NCBI RefSeq assembly: GCF_032191835.1
Contig: NC_083225.1
Location: 154,814,001-154,878,000 of the forward strand
Length of the DNA: 64,000 bases
Direction: 5' to 3'
Source of the DNA: Heteronotia binoei
Lineage: Eukaryota
The first letter of the stretch is position 1. Each line of letters starts with the position of its first letter. A model generated the notes under the pieces. That model saw only the letters and a list, made by a program, of their open reading frames with translations. It was not told the DNA's origin and made no database searches. This document shows, one piece after another, positions 49,844-62,265 of this stretch. Both the position numbers and the translations under genes were made by a program.

Positions 49844-49976
49844 CAGAGCTTTTTTTGTAGAAAAAGCCCAGCAGGAACTCATTTGCAAATTAGGCCACAC
49901 CCCCTGATGCCAAGTCAGCTGAAACTGCATTCTGGTACATTCCTGCTCAAAAAAACAAACAAACAAAAAAGCCCTG
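49844..49976. mobile_element. hAT-type MITE (cagggc-ttttt...aaaaa-gccctg family)
   Basis: TIRs; flanks gttcaatg / gtgcaata (6/8). Confidence 0.7.
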
Positions 49977-51153
49977 GTGCAATATATAACTCTCATGCAC
50001 ATTGATGCAATGACAAAGCTGCTTCACAAATGCTTAATTTTATATATGGATATTCTTTTAAAAAGTGACAAAATAGACATGGATTTTATCACACATATAC
50101 ATGAATATATGCATGTGCACTTTTCCTGTATAGAATAGTATGGAGAAAAATCTGAAGAAGCCCCTAAGTGTCTAGCAGTAATCGAAGAACCTTGACAAGC
50201 AGAAAATGAGGTTACAGTCCCCTAGGAATGTCAGCTGCAAAAGATCTACTGAAGTTAAAGGAAGTCCCACTCAGCTCAGTGGGGTCTGTGTGGGGAAGAA
50301 GTTCATAAATGGAATGTCCCTCTGCTAAGCTAAATTCTCTCCTTTGAAATGCCCACTTTTCACCTAAGGCAACAACTGACTGGAATTATCTCAGGCATGC
50401 CCAGTTCTGATGCTCAGTCTTGGTAATGCACCAGCTACCGGATGCACTTGAAGAAGGCTCCTCACTTACATTAGTGCCAGGGGAGCAATCTTGTTCTTAA
50501 CTGGGGCCGGGGGAGGGGGTGTCGCTAACAACCTGAGCAAAAAAGAATCCCTGTTAGTGAGGTTCTCTCTATTGCTTCACATTCTGGCCCTGAAGCCTCC
50601 AGCAGCCAAGTTAATAATAAATGTTGCAATTCCATTTCTCCTTTGTGTAGGAGAAACGTCTGGCAGATCATTGCTTTGGCTTGGAAACATTTTTTTAAGA
50701 GACAGCAGAAACCTGCTATTCCCAGAACTTTCTTTTTAAAAAGCAACAACAGTAGTAAAATTATTGATATTTGACCATTCTCCAGTGCCCCCTCCTCAGG
50801 TGTTTTTTTTTTTTTTAACGCCTTCCTGTTTGCCTCCCCAGACTGTTAGTCCTGTGCTTAAGAAGACACAAACTAACCTTGGAAAATAAGAAACCATTGC
50901 ATATTTGTGAACAATTACTTTGTTGGGCTCATATCTCATCCTATATCCTGGATGCTCAGCGCAGATAACATCAATTAAAACAGCAACAGATAATAGATAG
51001 AGATGACAAGCTTCCCAGCTGACTCTGGACACTGCGCATGTCCAAACCAAATGGCTTAAGTGCTGCTTCTGAAATGGTTTCACATCAGGATTTGGCAGAC
51101 ATCACAGAGAAGGGTGGTCCATAAATCTCATGTAGCCAGTGAGAACCACTCTA

Positions 51154-51440
51154 GTAAAAGGTAGTCCCCTGTCCAAGCACCAGTCATTTCCGACTCTGGG
51201 GTGACATTGCTTTCACAACATTTTCACAGCAGACTTTTTACGGGGTGGTTTGCCACTGCCTTCCCCAGTCATCTACACTTTCCCCCCACCGAGCTGGGTA
51301 CTCATTTTACCAACCTCAGAAGGATGGAAGGCTGAGTCAACCTGGAGCCGGCTATCTGCACCCAGCTTCTGCCAGGATTGAACTCAGGTTGTGAGCAGAG
51401 AGTTCAGACTGCAGTACTGCAGCTTTACCATCTGTGCCAC
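51154..51440 (-). mobile_element. Sauria SINE (Squam1-type), 5' head clipped
   Basis: aaggtagtcccctg...gggtactcattttacc...ctgcagtactgcagctttacc is the reverse complement of Sauria SINE. Confidence 0.85.
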
Positions 51441-52263
51441 TTTGTCTGTTTACTGGTCCTAAATATTACAAGCTTGTAGAGAAACTCTCTACAAGCTTCT
51501 AATATTTAGGACCAGTAAACAGACAGATTCCCAGAAAGGTCTCACTCAAATTCCCAAAAGATCAACAGCAATCCAAACCTAAAGCCAGGTGAAAGTCCAA
51601 ATCCAAAGGAAGGAGCTGAAGATTCACCCCTGGAATAAGTTCCGGGGGAGATACAGTAAATTACGTTGTGGGGAAGGACAGATTATTGGAGCCTGTAGAC
51701 AATCTAAATTCATGTGCCTGCCAACACATCTCCAGAACTCACAGTTGCTTACTCCTGTAGGGTCCAAAATTTGATAATTGGTATGATTTTGTAAAGATGA
51801 CATTCTTACTTCCTTACAAAAAGATCATGTTAGTCGGGTGATGTTAATATACTGGTGGGCCCTGGGCAAAGGTTAAATTAGTGGGGTCTTGGCTTACTCT
51901 CTCTAAAGACAGAAGTAATTGGAAACCTGGCTACAGATTCAATTTGACATTATAGTGAATTTAACAGAATTATGTCATGAAAGAAGTCTCCTTACTCAAC
52001 GAGTTCAGCACACATAATGTTTTGTAAGCATAAGTACAAACTGCCTTTTTTAGTGTTTGAAAAAAGGGTATCTTGGGAGAAAAAAATGCTTTAAAGTGCT
52101 AAACAACATTTTCAGAGAAGGAAGCAGAACCTGCTTATACTGGGTCCCCTTTTGTCTCCATGTACATGACTCCAAGGAAAATGTGTCCCATGATGCTGAA
52201 TGAAAACTGTAACAAGATGAATGAGGCTCATACACATTTGGCATCTGCCTGGTCACATCCCTA

Positions 52264-52490
52264 GGGGAGGGACGGTGGCTCAGTGGTAGAGCATCTGCTT
52301 GGGAAGCAGAAGGTCCCAAGTTCAATCCCCGGCATCTCCAAAAAAGGGTCCAGGCAAATAGGTGTGAAAAACCTCAGCTTGAGACCCTGGAGAGCCGCTG
52401 CCAGTCTGAGAAGACAATACTGACTTTGATGGACCAAGTGTCTGATTCAGTATAAGGCAGCTTCATATGTTCATATATGTTCATGTTCAT
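52264..52490 (+). mobile_element. tRNA-derived SINE (Squam3-like), near intact
   Basis: A box tggctcagtgg, B box gttcaatcc, body gagaccctggagagccgctgccagt, (catatgtt)n-like tail. Confidence 0.85.
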
Positions 52491-54751
52491 CTCCCTTCTT
52501 TGTATTGTAACTTGGGTAGAGGGTCATGTGGTTCATCAATTTCTCCAAGAGAATTCTTAGGAGGTTTTCTATTTGAATGAAGTGTGGTGGTGTGACAATT
52601 TCTGCCCCAAGATGAGTTCCAGGCTTCTCCACCTCTATCACCAGGCAACCTGGCAGTGACAACTTCATTTTGGTTTCCCCAGTCTGCTATATTGGTACCA
52701 TGTACCAATGGAATTTATCTTCCCTTCTGTTTAAAAATCCTCTCCAATGCCTTAATAATTGCACAGACTGCTGCAGGACAAACGATCAATGGCTGAAGAG
52801 CTCGGGAGGCAGGGTTTGAGAGTACCTCGGGGAGAGGGTAGCACTGCAGCCCCCACTGTCATAAAGCCCTCTGAGCAGAGTGAACCTGTGGACGTAGGTC
52901 TTACAGCAATGTTTTCTGACTCCAGCCAATGTAAATGTGGTGGCCCAATTACTACTGGTATGGAGCACTTCTCCGTATGGTTAAACCAGGTCAACACCAA
53001 CTTTTTACACATTTGTGTCTGTGGGAACTCTCTAGGTAGAGGTTTTGAAAGCATCTGAACAAAGCCAGTTGTCAGTAAGAAGAGGTCTAGACTAGCTTCC
53101 ACCCTGACATGCCAGATTTCTATGCAGAGATATTTTTTTCCCAATGCAGTGCTCTATGTTCAGTCTTAATTGTTTACAGTTCAGGGACAATTTTACCTGG
53201 TGAACTATTTGTACACATAAGGGCTGAGAGCATGAGAAGCTGGCATCAGGATGTTGCCAAAGCAGAAAACAACAACAGCACTAGTTTACTTCATCAGCAA
53301 CTGAAATTAAAAGGGTCAAATTATCTTCATTGCCCCTGGTGACATGGAAGACTTATTCACTAAAAAGGTGGCATGAGTGGGTTTTGACAGCAAAAATGGG
53401 AAGCAGGCTTTTCCTGCTCCAATAAAAGATTTCCCCCCCTTAAAAACAGTTGACTGGCACATATATGAGCCCATACAGTGGATGCACAATTTGATAGCAT
53501 AGCCTCCAACAAGCCACCATGAAAGACATTCAGTTCCAAGCACCAATGACATTGACACAGCAAGGGCAGCCAAACTGCAAGAAGCATGTTGTCCCTGCCA
53601 CAAATCCCTTCTGGCCTATGTATGAGCCAGCAAGCTGCCAGGAAACTGTCCATTTCAGAGGGGGAAAGGTGATCTTTCCAAGGAAGGAAGGAAGGCAGGC
53701 AGGCTTTCAGTAGTACATTGCTCATCAAGGCTACAGAAAAGAACAATGTTCTGATCTACCATGCAAATATGGAAGAGGCAAAGAAAAGACCTGTGAGGGT
53801 GGGGTACTTGAAGCTTTCTGTCAGCAGACTGCCTAGATTTAATGACACTTCGAATGGGGGGGAGTGATTCCCTAGGGGAATGGGGGAGGAAAGAATTGAC
53901 CTCCCTTGCCCCAACACCATGGACTCATCTAGACTCCCCCCTCTCTTGTAGATGCTTTTAAAGAAAGTGGAAATAATCTAATACATTTTTTGCTAGTGTT
54001 TTCTTCTCATTGTTCAAGTTGTCTGCACTTCCACAGCAGGTCTACCAATTCAACAGGAACTAGATATATCAGTTCATGTGCCTGACTGCAAAAGCACAAT
54101 AGCAGATATGTGGGGCGAAATGACGCACTGTTATTACTGATTTAATAAATACCCAAGTCCCAACTAATACAAAGAACCTTTAGAGATGGAAGGGGGTGGG
54201 AAATGGAAAACAAGGACTGTTGTTAGTTACCTTCATATCTGTACATTGTTACAAGCCATGTAGGTGTCTATATAAGGAGACATGTGCAGCAATTAATACT
54301 TAAGAGTCACTTAAGCCTGAGAGGTCCCTGCGGATTATCGGATGCTCTACCAATGACTCTCCTGACAGGCATGTCCATTACTCATAAATCTGCACTGCTC
54401 CTACCTGACCTCTCTCTTCTGTAGCTGATAGGCTGTGCCTGAGCCAGACCAAAAGAAAACAGAATGACCTGGTTATCTGAGCCTCATTGACCCGTGCTGC
54501 TCCAGATTCTGCTAGTGGCCTCAGAAGCGATAAGACAATCTCCTGGCCCTTTCCCACTGCAAGAAGGAGTTGCTCTGCCATTTTCGGAAGGAGGGTTGGA
54601 GACCATTTCCAGATAATGGAAAATATGTTCCAATTCTCCTTGCCAAGCTGCCACTGAGAAGAGGAACGCAAAGCTGAGAAGAATGCGTCAGATAGTTGCT
54701 CCCACCAGACAGGGTGCTGCCATTTTATCCCTTGCCATTATGAGACTTTTT

Positions 54752-55030
54752 AAAAAGGTAAAGGTAGTCCCCTGTGCAAGCACCAGTCATTTCCGACTCT
54801 GGGATGATATTGCATCACGTTTTCACAGAAGACTTTTTTTACAGGGTGGTTTGCCATCTGCACTTCCCCAGTCATCTGCACTTTACCCCCAGCAAGCTGG
54901 GCACTCATTTTACCGATCTCGGAAGGATGGAAGGCTACCTGAACCCAGCTTCCGTCAGGATTGAACTCAGGTCATGAGCAGAGAGCTCAGACTGCAGTAC
55001 AGCAGTTTTACCACTCTGTGCCATGGGGCC
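54752..55030 (-). mobile_element. Sauria SINE (Squam1-type)
   Basis: Same family as 51154-51440; includes the head (ccactctgtgccatggggcc). Confidence 0.85.
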
Positions 55031-56312
55031 GCTGTTATAAGACTTACCACAATTCAAATGTTTCTAGTCTTACTTCAGAGGACAAAAGTTTTAGTTGAGC
55101 TAGATAAGACAGATGCTGGTGAATCCTTTCAAGATATTGCATACATACTAACAAGGAGATTCAGATGCTGCTCTGACACCTTTCTGAGCCTCCTGTTTGC
55201 TCTCGTAATTGGCTACATATGCACATAAACTCCTTTACTAGTAGATTTGATTTGGTGCTGATGGGTGTGAGCCACTGGACGCACTGCTTATGTTCTAAGC
55301 AACAGCCTCTCTTCACAATAATCTGCTCTTCTGTGGACACACCTTCAATTACAGGTGTAGGCTCTATCACAAAATCCTGTATGTTTGCCACATTTTGAAG
55401 CACTTGACAGAGTTGCCATCTTTAAGCAAAGAAAAGATAGGTAGGGAAGAGATCCTTATACACATACACAGAGAGAGAGAGAGAGAAAGAGAGATGTTCT
55501 GCTTCAAACTACCCCTTTTTCAAAGCCGTTTCCTTCTTCTTAAAAAGTACAGCATTTGCTTTCTTTACATGTAATTATATGTAACATGTTGTTCCTGAGA
55601 ATTTGAGCTGTTTTTATTTAATAAAATAAACAAAAATGAACAAGCTTCAATTTCTGTTGGTTACAAGAGCATCCGAAATTGTTAGATTTCAAAACAAATG
55701 TTTAAGATCTTATAGAAGGTCTGGGTGGATCTTTCAGTAAGGACTTGGTCAGATTCTGAGCACTTGGCTGTAAGTCCTGTTAAACTCAGTAGGACTTACT
55801 TCTAAAGTATAGAATTAAGCTACATGTCATTTTCTCTTCCTACCTGCAAACGTTTGTGCATTCCAAATCTCCTCCCAGAAGTACACAATTTAAAAAGAAA
55901 TGTGTAAAAATGATTGAACATCTGCACCAGAAATGTGCAAGGGAGCAAGGGGTTTGGTTTACATAAGGTTGTGTAAATTAGCCTGCATGTATAATTCATT
56001 CAAAATGCAGAATTTGGTATTTTTCTAGCTGCAGGGTTCGGCGATTCATTTGTCATCTCGGGCTCCTTCTCCAGCCTCAAGCCAAGGCTGCAGTTGCATT
56101 TTAAAGGATAAAGATACCAAAGTTGTTTTGTACTATTAGTGAGAGTATAAATATAGGAAAGTACACGGAACTAAAAATAGCTTCTCGAATGACATTAGCT
56201 GGCATAAAACTAATCAATCCCCATCAATCTCTGGGGCATGCATTAATCGCTTCTCTTTGGTGTAGCATTGCACAATTAGGTGCATTATAGGAGGTTTAAT
56301 GCTTCCCTCCAA

Positions 56313-56530
56313 TTTATTTATTTACATTAGACTTTTATCCCGCCCTCTCCACAAGCGGACTCAGGGCGGCTTACAACAGTCATTTACATGATTTAAAACA
56401 ATAAGTCTATAAAACATTAATACAATTAACTTTTAAAAACTATTCCACGGTGCTGTACCATTACTATGTTGGCGGTTCTGCTTTTCAGATGGTTGGTCAC
56501 CGGGAACTCTAGCTGATGTCAGGTGGCAGC
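56313..56530 (-). mobile_element. L2-like LINE 3' end
   Basis: atttatttattt...atcccgccctctcc...ggactcagggcggcttacaa; related tails at 42100-42420 (-), 43455-43500 (+) and 17480-17665 (+). Confidence 0.6.
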
Positions 56531-57894
56531 TCTCTCTCAATGCATCTGACACCGGTCTATGCTGGAGAAGGTGGTGAGTTTTTTAACAGATCTTGTGTTC
56601 CATACACTTTCATTTGGCTGCAGAGGCATTTTGTAACAGCTGCACTGGCAAGATCCAGTGACACTTTGCATGTTTTAATGAACCAAGGATGCCATTTCCT
56701 AACTATTTAGCTGATGCTCATTCTGCCTCTTGACCCTGCTGAGAAGGGACAATGCAACATCTCCCTAGTTTGACAGGACCCAGAATTATCTGCTCTGTGC
56801 AAAAAGGCTAGTTCTGATCATGCAAGGCATATTAACCAGCAGAAGCCTCCTTCCCTGGGTATGCTGATCAAAAGGCATACTATTATTGACACTAGAAGGG
56901 GGTGCTCTCTGTTTCTTTGGAGGCAGTACTTCCACCCACCCACCCCACATCCTTCCAAATGTCCACAAGTCCTTTTGTACTAATATTTTGCTGTATTGAA
57001 TATAACTGCTTCTTTTGCAGCAAGAATTAAATGAACAATTCATTCCTTTAAAATCATTTGTTTAAAATGCATTCACTTAAAATCAGAATAATCTTTTGGA
57101 GGCTATTGAGTTCTTTAATAATTAAGTTTTCAGTTAGATATGCAAGACCACTTTTACAACCAGTAAACTCATTTCCCTGCTCAAACAGAACCAGACCAGA
57201 AACAAATTACAACAATCCCCTTTATTTCAAAGGGCTTTGCCAGGATCAGTGGATGTCACTGGGCAGATTACTTCTCCATCTTACTGTAGCAATGGATCTT
57301 AGGGTCATTTCATAGAAAACCTGCCTTTGCCACTGAATATGTGTTAGACAAGCACACCTGTGTGACACATGCGCTTGCTCCATTCACTGTTTGCATTTTT
57401 AGGGGTACACAACTCCTCTTTGGTACATACTTTAAAAATGTAACATATACATTGACCTTTAGGATGCTTCCTGGCCTGCTATTGGGATAGACCAGCACCC
57501 AGGCAACACAGGGAGTACACCAATCCCCATATGAAGCCAAGTTGGGTCAGACGGGAGATGGTGGATTATAAAGTTCAACACAAATTGCACAGAATAAATG
57601 AGGAATTCCCTGGAGAACTGCAAACCCTGTTTGTGGACTCTACATCAACATTTTTTTTAAAAAAAAGAAGACTTAGAGCCAATGTTCCCTCTAAGCTGCA
57701 GAGTCCTGTGAGCAAAATTTTTGCTTTGTAAACTACTGGAATTGAAGTTGTGAGCTACTGCATAAATTAGTGTGCTCTGGGGCCATTTTTCCAGGGATTG
57801 AGCTGTTGGATTTAAGTCCAGATTCTCTATCCAGGCTCAGCAAAACAGTCCAGAGTTTTCAGGCTTGATGGCCAGCTGTGAGGTTCAACTGGAA

Positions 57895-59030
57895 GGGCGC
57901 GGGTGCCTGTAAAGTGCTGTAAGATCTTTGGAGGAACGGTGGGGTACAAGTTGTGCTAAAAGTAAGTGTTATTTCCTCCATTCGCAGAGATCCTGAGCCT
58001 GGGCGTGACTGGTATACCCTGACCCCCCCCCCCCCCCTTAGCCAAAATGGGATTTGGGGCCCCAGTCGCCTAACCTCTGCACTGGCCTCCCCCAGGTTAG
58101 CCCTATCGCCTCCCACTCGCACAGACCATCCCCATAAGAGACACCGTCCGCAGCGTTATTAAGAACGAGCTGTCACCCAACACAGCCCGAAGGGTAGGAC
58201 GCTCCCTTCAAAAGCCTCTCTGAAATCGGCAGGAAGTGCTGCTGCCACTGCCTCCCCCAGCCCGCCCGCCCTTCTCTGTTCACATTCACTCGGCAGAGCC
58301 AAGTCAGCAGAGATGCACTGCGTTGCGGATCGGTGCCAAATGCAGTCAGCAGCGGCGACGGAGGAGACATGCATCTCTTGCGCTGACACAGCAATGCAGT
58401 TCTCGGGGGAGAGGCCGGCTGCCAGGATCTGCGCGGCAGCACACGCTGCATCCGCCGCCTCCCGGAATCAGAGAGCGCCACGGGTCAGGGCGGCCCTACC
58501 AAGGGGCTTGTTCCTGTTTCCTGTTCGCCCAGCCGTAAAGAAACACATCAGTGGCCCGGCGGCCTCGGTCCTGATTTATGGACAGAGGCATAATTTTTCC
58601 TTCTCTTTCCCCGGACAAAAAAAAAAAAAGTGACACGGTGATAAACTGCCTAATAAAGGGAAACGACTCGAGGCTTAAACATGATCAATAATAAAGGAGG
58701 GCGGAGAGGGAGGGGCGCAAAGAGGCCCCCTGGGGCGCGAGGAAACCTTCCCCGTGGGGAGTTGGGTGAGCAGATGCGGCTCGGCGTTGTACGCGCGACT
58801 GTGGCTCCCGGGACGGCAGGAAGGCGGGCAAGACAGATGGGGGAAGGCGAGACTCCGTTTCTGCCCGGCTCCGGAATGCCCTGGCAGAGAGCAAACACGC
58901 GGAGGAGTATTAATCAACTTGAAATACCAGAACGCTTAGCAAGAATCTGGGCTTTGACGTCTTGTTTGCGGGGGGCCCCGTCGAGTCGGCAAGTCTGCGG
59001 AGCCTGGAAGTGCCTCGAGTATTCTTGGCC
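57895..59030. promoter_or_regulatory. CpG island, probable IGSF11 promoter / first-exon region
   Basis: The only long GC- and CpG-rich non-repeat stretch in the window; GC boxes (cccgcccgccc 58261, gggcgg ~58700), ETS-like caggaagt ~58230; lies ~14 kb 5' of exon 2 on the gene strand. Confidence 0.6.
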
Positions 59031-59400
59031 GCTGCATTACTAATCCATAATCATAAATAACAATAAAAGGGGGGGGAGGAGGTGTTATTCTCCCTTGGAA
59101 CAGGAGCACAGCACACACAGCGAGTTTGACAGGGATTAGAAGAACCACTCCGAGGGATACAAATCAAAACCTGGCTGGAGGCACCTGGGAGCAGCCCGAT
59201 TTTCTGTCCAGCAGCAGGTGGAGGCTTGGAGCTGAGTCCCGGGACCTCCAGCTCGAAGGGAGCCAGTTGTGACTCCTTCCCACAACTCATTTGTCATAAC
59301 CAGAAGTACAAGACTGGCGAGCTGTAACAGTGACAGCCGCTCTCCACAGATGGTAGGCCTGACTATGCCTGTGCTTTTGATATCCACTTGGAAATCAATC

Positions 59401-59633
59401 GGAGTCAGTGTGGTACAGTGGTTATGAGTGTTGGACTATTACCTGGGAGACCCAGGTTCCAATTCTCCATCATGCCATGGAAGCATGCTGGGTAAGCTCG
59501 GGCCAATCACTCTCTCTAAGCCGCACTTACGTCACACAGGGTTGTTGTGCAGACAAAGTAAAGAAGAGAATGATGTGAGCTGTTTTGGGATCCCGTTAGG
59601 GAGAAAGGCAGGGTATACGTGAATAAAATAAAT
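59401..59633 (+). mobile_element. tRNA/CORE SINE
   Basis: Full-length copy with A/B boxes, CORE-like body and aaataaata tail. Confidence 0.75.
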
Positions 59634-60045
59634 ATTCAACGCAGCTGAACTAAGGACCAAAAAATATCCTTGCCTCACAGAATATTTGCATTGTTTTGAT
59701 GTAGGGGTCCTTTTGGTTTTCCTTGGCTGCTGCTGCTTCCTGGAACCATTTTCTTCTTTACCCTCACTCTCCTTAACATTGTTAGCTTCACATGTAATTA
59801 TTTGCTTTAATACATCCAATGAATGAATTTCTTTGCTGATGTCAGTGATGCTACCACATTAGACAATGACATCACTGACACAATTACATAGATTATGTGA
59901 ACTAGGGGTACACTGGAAGGGAAAACAACTCTGATGTGAAGGGAGAAATATTTTGAACTGCACCCAACCATAAAATGAGGTGAGTGGTGTTGAGAACAAC
60001 ATAAACAGAGAAGAACATTGCTATCATAGCTTAGAAGGGTGTAAC

Positions 60046-60215
60046 CAGGCCTCAGATTCAGTGGGAGCTCACAGGAGCACAGCTCCTGAACCATTCTGAG
60101 AGTTCCACCTCCTCCTCCTGAGAGTTCCACTTCCTTATCCATTGAATAGTATGTGCAGCTTCATAACAATCCCTGGATGAGCTCCACCACCTATTTTTCT
60201 ACAAAATGACCCCTG
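60046..60215. mobile_element. hAT MITE, same family
   Basis: TSD ggtgtaac / gatgtaac (7/8). Confidence 0.86.
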
Positions 60216-60299
60216 GATGTAACTCTGTTTTGGATTGCAGTGGAAGTAATCTTTCATAGATTAATTCCATCCATCCTCCATGAGCTCAAAGCAGTATAC

Positions 60300-60675
60300 C
60301 TCCCTCATTTTATCCTCACAACAACCTTTTCAAGTAGGTTAATCTGAAACAGAATGCCTGATCCCAGGTCACCCACTGAATTTTGCAACAGAGTGGGGAT
60401 TTGAACCCAGGCCTCTTGAACCCTAATCTGACATGCTCACCACCAGTGTTCCTTCTAAAATGCAGTCTTGTGAACAAAAATTCTGCTTTGTGAGTCACTG
60501 GCATTAAAGCTGTGAGCTGCTGGCATTAAAGCTGTGAGCTACTGCATAAATTATTGTGATCTGGGGTCATCCTTCCTGGGCTAAAACAAAAATGTGTGAG
60601 CTGAAGGCTAAAAATCTGTGAGCTAGCTCATGTTAACTCAGCTTAGATGGAACACTGCTCACCACTACACCTCAT
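60300..60675 (-). mobile_element. tRNA/CORE SINE interrupted by a hAT MITE
   Basis: Body 60300-60443; A-box remainder ctcaccactacacc after 60657. Confidence 0.7.
60444..60657. mobile_element. hAT MITE (cagtgttccc...ggaacactg family)
   Basis: TIRs present; perfect 8-bp TSD ctcaccac; internal tandem duplication of ctggcattaaagctgtgagct. Confidence 0.87.
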
Positions 60676-62139
60676 TATCAACTGCCATACTAAAACCACA
60701 GTCAGAGATTTGTCTTTTAACAAGCAGGGACCTGTCACAGACTTAAGAAAGAAACTAGTGGTTGTGTAATAGAGATGAATGGATTTCCCTTGTTCCATTC
60801 TTGTATTCAGTCTCTCTCTTTCTAGTGTTTTACTCCCCACAAATCTGGTTTAACTAGGGGAATTTCTAAAATGAATTCCAAAACTGTATTACAGTTTGCC
60901 ACAGACTTCAGTTGTTTAAATTAACTGCATCTCTCCCCCATATTACTTAAACTCATGTGTTTTGATAAAATATCACAATAAAGCAGACTTAATGTGATAA
61001 GATATATGACTGCATCAAAATGCTAGTGTATAGTATTTTACTTGAAGTGCTCATGAATTCCTATGCATCATGCATCATGCAAAACAATTTTGATACATTG
61101 TATATACAGTCACATTGATTTCTCTTTTGTAGTGTTTTATCAGTGCTCACATGTAACCCTGGGAAGATGCGAACAGGTCAGCACATCATTTTACCTGTTT
61201 GAGCACCAAGAATTTTTCATTCTGCCTTAACCCAAAAGCTCAGGTCAGAATCTGAGGAATGACTTATTTTATCAATGCAAGAGAGGGGGGTGGAAGGAGA
61301 AATCCCTATTAAGCATCTTGAGTAAATGGCTGTCCTTCAAGGAGGACAGAAGTCCCAACAATTAAGCACAGTAACTCCAGTTTAATACACACATTCAGTT
61401 GCCAATGTGATATTCAAATGTGTATATATAAAATGTATACAGGAAAGTCATTACACATATAAATTGTTGATTTTGTATGGTAAACATTTTCTGGGAAGAA
61501 GCCCCTCACATCACTTCTGAAATTCAAGCAAAAGTAGCAAATCTCTCACCGCACCCAGGGGAGCCACATTCAAAGACACTGGCACATATTTCTTCTACTT
61601 TGCTCAGCAACATTTAAAGCCTTCCTGCAGCCTAAGATACCACCCTCCAGCAAGAGGACTCCTTGCCAGAGGAAGAGCACCTTAAGTTAGAGGAAGAACT
61701 CTTAGGTTGCAGGAAGACATCCGACTTTGCTGAGGGGATGGAAGGAGAGGTGCCTGTATTTACCACAGAGGAATGATGAAATACACTCTTTGTGGTGATT
61801 TTAGCACCTCATAATCTGAGGGTGGAAATTTGGGCTGAAGGAGGAGGTACAATAAGGAGATAGCAAAAGTAGTACTGAATTATTTCCTCATTAGTAAGGA
61901 TGGTTTTGAATTTCTCATTCCTGCTGTTTCAGTCCCAAAATCCCCATTTCAATTTTGTTTCTCCTTTATTCAAATTGAACCCATGAGTCTTTATTTGCAG
62001 ACCATTTTCCTCATACTGATATCTTTCCTGAAAAAAGTATGTATTTTCAGGGCTCTTCATATGTCCATAAATGCACCTTATAGATTATGCATATATTACA
62101 GGTATAAGTCTCATGCACTTAGTACACAGGCAATAGATC

Positions 62140-62265
62140 AAGATGGGTAGCTGTGTTTGTCTGTCTGTAGCAGGAGAAAATAACCAAGAGTCCAATCGCA
62201 CCTTAAAGACTAACAAAATTTGTGGCAAAATTTCATGAGTCACTGCTCTCTTCTTCAGGTATCTA
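62140..62265 (-). mobile_element. Short PLE-derived element with decayed hammerhead core
   Basis: agagtccaatcgcaccttaaagactaac...; minus strand ctgaagaagagag...ctcatgaaa. Related remnants at 2510-2620, 29745-29955, 37595-37650 and 43365-43460. Confidence 0.55.

Noticed and set aside
50525-50640. MELQHLLLTWLLEASG... leader-like peptide
   Set aside because: No donor after the hydrophobic part, and the later donor (cag|gttgtt) is weak.
52264-52340. tRNA-like sequence with A and B boxes (also 9039, 49001, 59401)
   Set aside because: No complete cloverleaf; continues directly into a SINE body and tail.
61550-61613. In-phase candidate first exon MLLSKVEEICASVFECGSPGC-G with a gtgaga donor
   Set aside because: Not a signal peptide; several similar in-phase ATG-donor pairs occur by chance (e.g. 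~53190, ~54230, ~63370).
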